A DNA stretch of 64,000 bases from an uncultured bacterium (GTDB lineage Bacteria > Patescibacteriota > Minisyncoccia > Phycocordibacterales > UBA9973): the NCBI GenBank assembly GCA_903894565.1, contig CAITQP010000011.1:6515-70514 (forward strand), read 5' to 3'. Shown piece after piece: positions 19,401-27,480 of this stretch. The translations under genes were made by a program, and so were the position numbers. The notes beneath the pieces were generated by a model, which was not told the DNA's origin, ran no database searches, and saw only the letters and a program-made list of their open reading frames with translations. Numbering within the stretch: position 1 is the stretch's first letter; every line of letters starts with the position of its first letter.

Positions 19401-19606
19401 TTCCAAGGAGTGAACATCTCGCTACGAATTTTATTAAAAATAGAAGGCCGACAAATTCGCTCTCACCATTTAGTACGAAAATTCAAAATGAAGTACCTGT
19501 TTCTCTTTCCTCCAACGTTCAAAAGTCTGGATTCTCACTTGATTATCGACTTTTCATTATAGGACTGTGTCTCTTTGGGTGTCTTTGTTATTTCGCGAGA
19601 CGATGA
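16406..19606 (+). CDS. giant surface protein: signal peptide, right-handed beta-helix repeats, LCAT/PGAP1-like alpha/beta-hydrolase (lipase) domain, C-terminal TM anchor
   Basis: 1066 aa; repeated T/N/V-rich beta-helix turns in N-terminal 330 aa; PVIIIPGIAGSEL...FPYDWRHS...VTLVAHSMGGLVAKQY (YDWR + GxSMGG nucleophile elbow); C-terminus LFIIGLCLFGCLCYFARR. Confidence 0.6.
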   Translation: MMKKLFVLLFIILCFQFLTHQAEASTTVGGDISSDTIWDISGSPYILNQEVRVTSGASLTISPGVTVENGIGKHPLDLGITVTDGKLAVLGTSDQRITFQNIYVDGTNASISISYADLLRVQVSTKSIVTIIESTLSSLSMVDSSVATVSDTTIDADFSPLALAPTYIQGRSILTFKNGHIRNTSTSGTALQTRDNVTVNLTNTVIEGGDIGVAVTVDSRVTLDGDIVKNAKKAGIYVEKHPTESWDHNELVVRNSQIIQNEHGVEIRNTPERIDISGNSFIGNTIAIYHTDPGKIIIGENWWNSSTGPKSTLYNPGGQGESISDLIVVSSWLMTDPFDNQIKIEKKNTPVIIIPGIAGSELFKKNASQTELWPNIKGVVTSISDDFLEYLAFDANGEEKNDNPVHVGDVIRSLSGVHIFDSLIDSLVSAGYVEGKDLFVFPYDWRHSVQEDALELKKMIANVTTLSNCPNVTLVAHSMGGLVAKQYIADEGDSLIDKLILLATPHLGSPKAFTMLEYGDNLGASILGFSLLNPKKIYSISQNMPSVYDLLPSKTYVDDPSHGLRYVQDLLGTYLSNTSSPYLDYAETKQLLISSGRNSNLFSQAEDMHAGIDSIPLPESKTYNYVGCGRTKTIGSITLRKKFAWTSTGRAFVDDYDLGYVNGDDTVPRTSASLSGTQQFFVKGASHSTIPSTSGVPESIQAVLSDHPEKAISQNVVRDTSACAIAGTLVSKHSPVRMDVYDASGNHTGPLVDGSIEYGIEGVSYDEVGEDAFVFLPSGATYTIVNTATDTGGYDLYVKKIAEDDTVTREYYFHDIPIVSVGDVSSLTISDEISDPEIHAGSGSDNQTIYKPSRVTSDMSAHDSVAPVSSANIADDGYVTLSASDVDSGVLETNYSTDSGTTWNRYENPFQAIGQTVNYFSIDAVGNVEDIKIITVPKKINEKNEIIDHFTHDTGGQQNSGPVQLFGIASSSIVSQEPSSKFIADIHRVDPVQVAEPNIPRSEHLATNFIKNRRPTNSLSPFSTKIQNEVPVSLSSNVQKSGFSLDYRLFIIGLCLFGCLCYFARR

Positions 19607-19882
19607 TGTGCTGTTCTCATGTTTCGTTTTGTGTGATGCAGTACAAAATATCGTTGACGATGGAGCGCGTAAACAGTACTATTCTCTGTAAGTTGTGAAC
19701 GAGCCGCCTATGCACAGTCATTAACACTTTTTAAAATGGTGATGGCCTTTTCTAGGGCAAGTGGGCGAACATGATCGTATGCGGTTCTTTTTGTAGAGTT
19801 GTGGAAAATGGTGGGCTCGTTGTCTAATAAATAACGAGCTCTTTTTATTTGTGATGCTCGTTGTATGTGATACAGTGGAGAG

Positions 19883-21109
19883 ATGAACGAGCGTTCACAT
19901 GATTCATTATTTCTCCATGCCGATGGCGACAGCTTCTTTGTGGCGTGCGAACTATCTCAAAACCCCGAGTACGATGGCTTGCCTGTTGTGGTTGGTGAAG
20001 ATCGTGGTATTGCAGTTGCAATGAGCCCCGAAGCAAAGAAACTCGGTGTTACGAGAGGCATGCCTGTATTTCAAATAAAAAAGGAATTTCCGTCCGTTAT
20101 CATTCTCCCGCACCACTTTGATCTCTACCGCAAGATTTCTGATGGCGTATACGCAACTCTACTTTCATATCTTGATAGAGTTGAAATCTACAGCATTGAT
20201 GAATGTTTCGCCGAAGTTAAAATGTCAGATGTTCGATTCTTTGGTAGCGAAAAAAAGCTAGCAATGGCGATTCAGCATGAAATATGGCAAACATTTGGTG
20301 TGACGTATTCAATTGGTATCGCCCGAACGAAAGCACTTGCAAAAACTGCTTCAAAATTAAACAAGCCATCAGGTGTCGTCATATTACTAAATGAATTTGA
20401 GGAACATGAGGCCTTGAAGAAGACTGATGTCGAGGATGTCTGGGGTATCGGACGACGGACGTCGCCACGACTTATACAAATGGGGATACATACCGCTCAT
20501 GATTTCATCATGTATTCGAGTGACCACATAGAAAGATTTTTCTCCGAACCACTTCGAGTATTGCAGTTAGAACTTTCAGGTCAATCAATACACTTAATTG
20601 CATCATGTACCGATCCTCGTGATCAACAATCAATACAATCAACTTCGACATTTCGACCGCCGTCGAATGATCCGCGTATTATTTGGAGCGAATTGAGTGA
20701 TAACGCAGAACATGCGTGTGCCCGGGCGCGGGAACTTCGTCTACTCACAAGGTCAGTTTCTTTTTTTGTAAAAACAACGGAATTCGTGCATCATTTTGCT
20801 GATGCGAAGTTGCCAGTATTTACTACAGATCCAGGAGTCGTTTTAAATGCGCTTGAACCATATCTCTCAACGGTTCTCGTTCGTGGTGAGAGAATTCGAT
20901 CAACAGGTATTATTCTTCACGCATTACTTCGCGAAGAGGATGTACCGAGAGATTTGTTTGGAAGGCAAGATTCAGCATTCGCTCAACTAGTCATCGAAAA
21001 AGTGGCTGATGCTGTGCGCACGAAGTTTGGGCGTGGTGCACTGATGCGAGCATCCTCACAAAAGGTATCTGTCCATGAGCGAGGAAATTCATTTCCAAAG
21101 CGTGGCTAA
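19883..21109 (+). CDS. dinB: Y-family DNA polymerase IV
   Basis: LHADGDSFFVACE...SIDECFAEV catalytic core, thumb and little-finger regions. Confidence 0.88.
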   Translation: MNERSHDSLFLHADGDSFFVACELSQNPEYDGLPVVVGEDRGIAVAMSPEAKKLGVTRGMPVFQIKKEFPSVIILPHHFDLYRKISDGVYATLLSYLDRVEIYSIDECFAEVKMSDVRFFGSEKKLAMAIQHEIWQTFGVTYSIGIARTKALAKTASKLNKPSGVVILLNEFEEHEALKKTDVEDVWGIGRRTSPRLIQMGIHTAHDFIMYSSDHIERFFSEPLRVLQLELSGQSIHLIASCTDPRDQQSIQSTSTFRPPSNDPRIIWSELSDNAEHACARARELRLLTRSVSFFVKTTEFVHHFADAKLPVFTTDPGVVLNALEPYLSTVLVRGERIRSTGIILHALLREEDVPRDLFGRQDSAFAQLVIEKVADAVRTKFGRGALMRASSQKVSVHERGNSFPKRG

Positions 21110-21130
21110 GTATTTTTTGGATTCTCCCAA

Positions 21131-21508
21131 TTGTGTGGTATATACTGTATTAGTATGGGGTACCGAAAACGATACGAAGACAGCTATCTCGATGATGAAG
21201 ACGAGGAGCTCGATGGCGACGACAAAACTGATGGGGAGCGTATCGTCGCGCTTCTTCAAAAACAAACTCGAACAGAGAAAGAAGAGGCTCGAATTCTGAA
21301 ACTCACAGAACGTCTTTTTGTCGGAGCACGTCTCCCAGGAATTCCTGGAGGTCAGGCATTTTTGGGTCTTGCTATGGTCGCAGACGTATATCGAGACCTC
21401 GGTCATACCGAAGCAGCAACAAAACTCTGGGCGCGTATATTAGAGCTCGCAGAGGCAGTGGGCAACCAAGAATTTTACTACAAGGCACTTGATGAAATGA
21501 GTGCATAA
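21131..21508 (+). CDS. hypothetical acidic protein with TPR-like C-terminus
   Basis: 125-aa ORF 22 nt after dinB; AFLGLAMVADVYRDLGHTEAATKLWARILELAEAVG helical-repeat-like. Confidence 0.35.
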   Translation: MCGIYCISMGYRKRYEDSYLDDEDEELDGDDKTDGERIVALLQKQTRTEKEEARILKLTERLFVGARLPGIPGGQAFLGLAMVADVYRDLGHTEAATKLWARILELAEAVGNQEFYYKALDEMSA

Positions 21509-21521
21509 AACAAAACGATAA

Positions 21522-21785
21522 ATGAATACACTGAACAAAGAAACAAAAAAGAAAATCGCACTTCATTCTGAAGTACGCGAAAAAACAACAGGATATATTC
21601 TTGCTGCGCTCGGACTCGTTGCCGGTCTTGCGTGGAATGATGCGATTAGCTCAGCTATCAAGGTAATTTTTCCTCTCGAATCAAATGGGCTTATCGCAAA
21701 ATTTATTTACGCTGTAGTCATTACTATCGCGATTGTAATGATCTCAACCTCGTTGTTAAAAGTTCTCGAACCGAAAGAGTGTTAG
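21522..21785 (+). CDS. small membrane protein
   Basis: 87 aa, two TM segments (ILAALGLVAGLAWNDAI; AVVITIAIVMISTSLL). Confidence 0.45.
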   Translation: MNTLNKETKKKIALHSEVREKTTGYILAALGLVAGLAWNDAISSAIKVIFPLESNGLIAKFIYAVVITIAIVMISTSLLKVLEPKEC

Positions 21786-22264
21786 AGCGACTTTACTTTC
21801 AAGTTTGAACGTTTGTTCTTGTCGATTTTTGGCATGCGTACCGTAAGGAGGCCGTGGCGCTCCATCGCCTCGGATTCTTCTGGTTCGATTTCTTGTGGAA
21901 GCGCTACGCTTCGTGAAAAACTGCCCCAGTACAACTCTTTACTAAAGAAATCATCGTTTTGTATTGTTCGATTTTCGTGACGTTTACCTTTGATGGTGAG
22001 CATGTCACGTGTGATATTTATTTCAAGATCTTCAGGACGAACACCTGCGACAAAAGTCTGTACTACGATATCGTTAGCGGTTTGATATACATCAAGTGCG
22101 AGTTCACCATCTCCTTCAGCCTCTTCATCGCTATTCCAAAGATCTTCATTCTCAAGGCTTTTGATTGAAGGGCGCTTCTCTTCGATTTTTGTTTCTTCTT
22201 CGTCGAGACGAATACCGCCAGAAAGTCTCTCAAAGAAAGAACGTTTTTTTTCATTTTTTGCCAT
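21782..22264 (-). CDS. Hsp20/alpha-crystallin family small heat-shock protein
   Basis: ACD core ...DVYQTANDIVVQTFVAGVRPEDLEINI...GSFSRSVALP...GLLTVRMPK; start taken at MAKNEKK. Confidence 0.8.
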   Translation of the reverse strand: MAKNEKKRSFFERLSGGIRLDEEETKIEEKRPSIKSLENEDLWNSDEEAEGDGELALDVYQTANDIVVQTFVAGVRPEDLEINITRDMLTIKGKRHENRTIQNDDFFSKELYWGSFSRSVALPQEIEPEESEAMERHGLLTVRMPKIDKNKRSNLKVKSL

Positions 22265-22268
22265 AGTT

Positions 22269-23033
22269 TTAATTTTGAGCATATTGCACTGGAGTGGGTT
22301 GCTGTTGATCTTGAACGTAACTTCCCATACGGCGCAATTTCTCGAAGAGGAGCATTATGATAATGGTTACAACCCAGAGGAAGCCGAAAACTTGTAGAAA
22401 GTTTTCGCCGTTCTTCTGCATTATAAAAAAGTTAAACACACTGTGCAAGGCAATCGCAGCTGCAAGTCCAAAAATCGTGTAGAAAAATTTTGATCCACTT
22501 GATTTAAAGAACGCAAGTCCGATAGAAAGCCCTACGATGCCACTTGAAACAGAGTGAAGAAGTGTCGATCCAAGGAAGCGCATGTTTCCGGTGAGGAACG
22601 AGACTGTCGCATCATTAACAGCTACTGGGTGGATTAAATACATCGCGTTTTCGAGCGCTGCAAATCCAAGTGCTGCTGTCATGAGATAGAGTGGGTAATC
22701 AACTGGTTCGTCGAGATAGGGACTACGAGTCATGATGATGACGAATGCGGCATATTTTAGAAATTCCTCACTTGTTGCCCAGAGCGCAATAAGTGTTGTG
22801 TGACTAAACGGAAGTGTGGAAATAAATTTCTCAATAGGAAGCACAAGTATCACTGAAACCATTCCAGCGATAAAGGTGAGTGCGACGAGGCCTGTTGGTT
22901 CATGTTGGCCATTTTCGTCTTCGCGAAGCCAGAAAAATAACCACAACACTGAAGGAACCACTCCTGCGATTAGAGCAATAATAAAAACAGTTGGGTTGCT
23001 TGCGAATGTAATGTTTAGATTTTGCATGGCCAC
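22269..23033 (-). CDS. prsW: PrsW-family intramembrane metalloprotease
   Basis: polytopic; EExxK motif (ATSEEFLKY), FxxxH (ALHSVFNF), conserved His in LLHSVSSG. Confidence 0.7.
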   Translation of the reverse strand: MAMQNLNITFASNPTVFIIALIAGVVPSVLWLFFWLREDENGQHEPTGLVALTFIAGMVSVILVLPIEKFISTLPFSHTTLIALWATSEEFLKYAAFVIIMTRSPYLDEPVDYPLYLMTAALGFAALENAMYLIHPVAVNDATVSFLTGNMRFLGSTLLHSVSSGIVGLSIGLAFFKSSGSKFFYTIFGLAAAIALHSVFNFFIMQKNGENFLQVFGFLWVVTIIIMLLFEKLRRMGSYVQDQQQPTPVQYAQN

Positions 23034-25735
23034 TCTTCTACGAGCAGAAGATTCTTATCATTATACACTGTATTCCAAAGTTCTTCAGTGATATACGGCA
23101 TGAATGGGTGTAATGCACGGAGGAGAAGGGGAAGTGCTGTCACAAGCATTTGTTGTGCCGATTCAGAATTTGTACCACTCGCAATCTTGTTTTTACTTCT
23201 TTCGATCACTATGTCTGCGAATGTGTGCCAGGTGTAGTGATACAGTTTTTCTGCGACGAGATAAAATTTGTACTCGTTCATCTCTTTTGTGATCTCCTTC
23301 AAGAGTGAGTTTATTTCATCAATCGTCGCTTGGTCTTCTGTGTCGAGAGTGTGCGCTTGTGTCGTGTCGAGTTTTGTCGTATTTTCCATTACGAAACGCG
23401 CGATGTTCCAGAGCTTGTTTGCAAATTTTGAGTACGCTTTGATTTTTTCTTCGCCAAGGTTGCTGTCTGAACCTGGTCCAACACCAACGATCATGGCCAT
23501 TCGAAGTGCGTCTGTGCCATATTTATCTATGAGTGTGATCGGATCAACAATGTTACCAAGTGATTTTGACATTTTGCGCCCCTTTTCGTCGCGAACGAGG
23601 CCGTGGAAGTACACAGTCTTGAATGGGATTTCGCCGATGAGGTAGGTACTCATAAGTATCATACGAGCAACCCAGAAGAAAATAATATCGTGACCTGTCT
23701 CAAGTACCGATGTTGGGTGGAACATCTTGAGGTCGTGTGTCTTTTGTGGCCACCCGAGCGTGGAGAATGTCCAAAGACCTGATGAAAACCACGTATCAAG
23801 TGTATCCTCATCCTGAGTAAGATTTTCTTCTGTTGGGTTTTGCATCAACATGAATTCATGTGTCGAGGCGTTTTCCATTGTGCAGAGTTCTGCGAACTCA
23901 ACGAAGCGTTCTTTTTGAACACCTTCGATGTGTGCTTTCATGCAACAGTTGAATCCATTGTGTCCGACCATGAGTAAGGTACCTTCGGTCTCAACGGACT
24001 CGAGTTTTTTGAATACAGAAACAACGCGCTGTTCAATCTGCGCGAGGTTTTCTCCTTTTTGTGACGCAATTGCCGTGCGGAAAGGAATACCTTTTTCTGG
24101 CCAGGGTGTGTTTTCGAGATCTCCAACTTCGTATTCTCGATAGTCTGACCATTCTTCGATAGAGCTTGGGTCAATACCAAGTTCCTTTGCGATTATTTCT
24201 GCTGTCTCGCGAGCGCGAGGAAGATTGGAAGAAATAATTTTTGTGATATTTTCTGACTTTAGTTTTTCACCAAGTTCCTTTGCTTGTGCTCGGCCCGTAT
24301 CGGTGAGTGGAGATTGACTTCTGCCACCGGCAAACAAGCGAAGCTTATTCGCCTCACTTTCACCATGACGTGCGAGTAGTATACGACGCTCTTTGGGGAC
24401 ATGAATTGCTCCGTCTTTGTCGTACCATACTGGAATACGATGTCCGTACCAGATTTGACGTGAAATACACCAATCACGCAGATTGTTGACCCAGTTGTAG
24501 TAGACGTTTTCGAAACGGTCGGGGAGGATCTCAATTTGTTTTTCACGAATTGGCTCAAGCATCAATTCTTTGAGTGTTTTGTTTCCGCGACCAGCAATTG
24601 GTTTGTTCACATTCACGAACCATTGATTCATAACCTGGGGTTCGATCGTTGCGCCAGTACGTTCAGCTGTGGCGATATTGTGTACGTAGTCTTCTGTTTT
24701 TTCAACGAGACCTTTTGATTCAAGTTTCGCAATTATTTTTGCGCGAGCATCGGTAATTTTCATTCCCGCGAATTCACCGGCGACTGGCAACAATTTCCCG
24801 TATTTATCAATGATTTGTTCTTTATCGAGTTTGTGTCGTTCTGCCATTTCAAAGTCGACAACAGAGTGCCATGGGGTGATAGTCATTACACCAGTACCGA
24901 ATTCCATGTCGATCGCCTCGTCTTTGATAATGATCGCTTCGATTGGACCGTTGATCCATTCCACAGTCAGTTTGTCTCCGTGCTTAAAGTTCGCATATCG
25001 CGCATCGTCTGGATGCATGACAACATATTTGTCACCAAACTTGGTTTCCGGACGCGCTGTACCAATAGTGAACGGACCGTATTTGAGATAATAGAATTTT
25101 GTTTTTTCTTCCACGTACACCATTTCGTCATCTGAAATAACTGTTTGACCTTTTGGATCCCAGTTCACGATGCGGTGCCCACGATAAATGAGCCCGTCGT
25201 TGTACATGCGGGAGAATGCGGTGCGAACGGCGAGGTTGCGTGTGGCGTCGAGGGTGAATGCTTCACGGCTCCAGTCGAGGGAGGCTCCCATCCGCTTCGC
25301 TTGGCCAACAATAGTGTCGTGTGATTCTTGCGCGAATTTGTTGACGCGGGCAAGGAATTCTTCGCGACCGAGATCTTGTTTGCGTTTACCTTCTTCTTTT
25401 TCGAGAATTTTTTCAACTTTGGATTGTGTGGCGATTGCAGCGTGGTCGGTACCAGGGAGCCACAGTGTGCGCTTGCCTTGCATGCGAGCATAGCGAGTCA
25501 TGATATCTTCGATGACGAGCATGAGCGCGTGTCCAGTGTGAAGCGTGCCTGTTACGTTCGGTGGTGGCAAAACCATTGAAAATGGCTCTGCGTCCGCTTT
25601 TGTAACGCCTTTTTCGACACAGATGTCCGGGTTAAAGAACCCGCTTTCAAGCCACTCTGCGTAAATGCGAGATTCCGTGTCTTTTGCGCTGTAGGGTTTG
25701 AGGAGTTTTTCGGGGATGTTATTGTCGTTGTGCAT
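23015..25735 (-). CDS. valS: valine--tRNA ligase with embedded histidine-phosphatase domain
   Basis: HIGH (PPPNVTGTLHTGHAL), KMSKS, editing and anticodon-binding blocks; residues ~445-632 form an inserted RHGE...GHNG domain. Confidence 0.93.
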   Translation of the reverse strand: MHNDNNIPEKLLKPYSAKDTESRIYAEWLESGFFNPDICVEKGVTKADAEPFSMVLPPPNVTGTLHTGHALMLVIEDIMTRYARMQGKRTLWLPGTDHAAIATQSKVEKILEKEEGKRKQDLGREEFLARVNKFAQESHDTIVGQAKRMGASLDWSREAFTLDATRNLAVRTAFSRMYNDGLIYRGHRIVNWDPKGQTVISDDEMVYVEEKTKFYYLKYGPFTIGTARPETKFGDKYVVMHPDDARYANFKHGDKLTVEWINGPIEAIIIKDEAIDMEFGTGVMTITPWHSVVDFEMAERHKLDKEQIIDKYGKLLPVAGEFAGMKITDARAKIIAKLESKGLVEKTEDYVHNIATAERTGATIEPQVMNQWFVNVNKPIAGRGNKTLKELMLEPIREKQIEILPDRFENVYYNWVNNLRDWCISRQIWYGHRIPVWYDKDGAIHVPKERRILLARHGESEANKLRLFAGGRSQSPLTDTGRAQAKELGEKLKSENITKIISSNLPRARETAEIIAKELGIDPSSIEEWSDYREYEVGDLENTPWPEKGIPFRTAIASQKGENLAQIEQRVVSVFKKLESVETEGTLLMVGHNGFNCCMKAHIEGVQKERFVEFAELCTMENASTHEFMLMQNPTEENLTQDEDTLDTWFSSGLWTFSTLGWPQKTHDLKMFHPTSVLETGHDIIFFWVARMILMSTYLIGEIPFKTVYFHGLVRDEKGRKMSKSLGNIVDPITLIDKYGTDALRMAMIVGVGPGSDSNLGEEKIKAYSKFANKLWNIARFVMENTTKLDTTQAHTLDTEDQATIDEINSLLKEITKEMNEYKFYLVAEKLYHYTWHTFADIVIERSKNKIASGTNSESAQQMLVTALPLLLRALHPFMPYITEELWNTVYNDKNLLLVEEWPCKI

Positions 25736-26128
25736 AAAAAAAGTATAGCATTTTAGGCTTTATTTTCAATGATAATGGTTTGATTTTGTAAAATACGGGA
25801 GGACATGGTGCCATCCCGTATTATGTATTTAGGGTTAGTCCTGTATTAAATCGGACTAAAGTTTCCTCGATACTCCGGATAGTTCGCTAACGGAACGTAC
25901 TCTGGGGTATTTGGATTGATTACTTGAGCGTTTTGCTCAACCGTAATTGGGTTTTCTGTTGTGGTGCTAGTAGTAATTACACCGGCCTTTTCGCTCTGGT
26001 TTTCCATCTGCTATATATTTTTTTTGAAAGGACTATTTTTATAGTGGTATTTTTTTGGACCACCGTTCTTGAGACTTCTTGAATCTCGAGAACGCTAGTT
26101 CAAAACTTGTGGGCTTGGCATTCTTTGC

Positions 26129-26166
26129 AAAAAGAGCGGCTCCCTTTCGGGAGCCGCTCTTTTTGT
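26129..26166. terminator. bidirectional terminator downstream of tsaD
   Basis: agagcggctccc-tttc-gggagccgctct flanked by A-run and T-run. Confidence 0.65.
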
Positions 26167-26310
26167 TGTTTTGTTATTTCGTCTTATGCAACAAAGTGGC
26201 CCCCTCGGAATGAGTTGGTGACGACGACCACGACTGTTGTTGTTCTTGCTTTGAACATACTCTATTTATATCAAACTGACTGAGTTTGTCGAAGCTCTGG
26301 TGTGGATAAG

Positions 26311-27477
26311 CTAGAGGGACATATTCCCACTAGCGAGAAGTTTCTTTGAAGTACTACGAACTTTCTTTCCAAACGAACCTGCGATGCCGATCATAATGGC
26401 ATTATCTGTCGTAAGTGTTTTTGTTGGGAATGTCGCCTCGATGCCGTATTCTTTGCAAGCTCGAGTGAGGACTATTCGGAGATGTTTGTTTGCCGAAACT
26501 CCGCCACCAACGATGACTGATTTTGCTTTGTATTTTTTTACTGCTTTCATTGTTTTTGTAACGAGCACTTCAATGGCAGAATTTTCGAATTCACACGCGA
26601 TTTCTTTTTTTGTTGCTTCGTTTAGATCTCCAAGTTTTTTGATGAGGTACAGCACAGCGGTCTTGAGTCCAGAAAACGAAAAATCCAAATTGTCGGAATG
26701 GATCATCGGTCGCGGAAGAGTAATCGTCTTTTTGATTTCTCCGTGACTGATACTGTCGCGTATGCTTTCAGCGAGACGAGAAATTTCTGGTCCGCCTGGA
26801 TAGGGAAGTCCGAGCATGCGCGCGACTTTGTCGAATGCTTCACCCGCTGCATCGTCGAGTGTTTTTCCAACAACGGAATATTTTCCAACGCCTTTTACAA
26901 GCACAAGCTCTGTATGTCCACCCGAAACGAGCAGGGAAATCGCGGGGGTTGCCATTTTGGTGATCGTAAATTCTGTTTTTGATTCTTGGGGAAATATGGA
27001 AAGTACATGTCCTTCCATGTGATTGACTGGTACGAGTGGAATACCCCACACATACGAAAGCGCTTTGGCAAAATTGATTCCGACCCAGAGTGCTGGTTCG
27101 AGCCCCGGTCCAACGGTGACAGTGATGCGATCAATTTTGGGTTTTTGAAGACGGGGAATTTCCTTGAGGAAAAGTTCAAGCATTTCCGGCTCGCGTTCAA
27201 GCAACTTTGTGATTTTTGCGACAGTGCGTGTTTTCCATCCTGAACTTTTTTTTGATTCAGTAAATACGCCTGCTTCTTTGAGTGTCTCAAGAAAAAGTGG
27301 CACGATATTGCGACTGTGCTCACGCTTTGCCATCATCGGAAACACACCTCCATATTGAGTATGGAGTGCGATCTGCGAGGCGACTTGATGGGCATGAAGT
27401 GTGCAGTGGTTGCCTTTTCGCGTGAGGATGGCGATCGCTGTCTCGTCGCACGAAGTTTCGATTGCGAGAATATTCAT
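26311..27477 (-). CDS. tsaD: tRNA N6-adenosine threonylcarbamoyltransferase
   Basis: ILAIETSCDETAIAI...VSGGHTELV...GG(V)SAN; ~40-aa insertion after the first beta-sheet block. Confidence 0.9.
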   Translation of the reverse strand: MNILAIETSCDETAIAILTRKGNHCTLHAHQVASQIALHTQYGGVFPMMAKREHSRNIVPLFLETLKEAGVFTESKKSSGWKTRTVAKITKLLEREPEMLELFLKEIPRLQKPKIDRITVTVGPGLEPALWVGINFAKALSYVWGIPLVPVNHMEGHVLSIFPQESKTEFTITKMATPAISLLVSGGHTELVLVKGVGKYSVVGKTLDDAAGEAFDKVARMLGLPYPGGPEISRLAESIRDSISHGEIKKTITLPRPMIHSDNLDFSFSGLKTAVLYLIKKLGDLNEATKKEIACEFENSAIEVLVTKTMKAVKKYKAKSVIVGGGVSANKHLRIVLTRACKEYGIEATFPTKTLTTDNAIMIGIAGSFGKKVRSTSKKLLASGNMSL

Positions 27478-27480
27478 AGG

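Noticed and set aside
19700-19882. LexA/Cheo-type SOS box upstream of dinB (cgaacatgatcgtatgcggttc)
   Set aside because: GAAC and GTTC are separated by 13 nt rather than the 4 nt of the Cheo box, and it does not fit other LexA consensus forms I know. Probably coincidental.
23840-24406. Considered that the valS insertion is an intein or a separately translated gene
   Set aside because: No intein splice-junction or HN motifs are present; instead the RHGE and GHNG histidine-phosphatase motifs are. The reading frame is continuous with no stop, so it is a domain insertion rather than an intein or nested gene.
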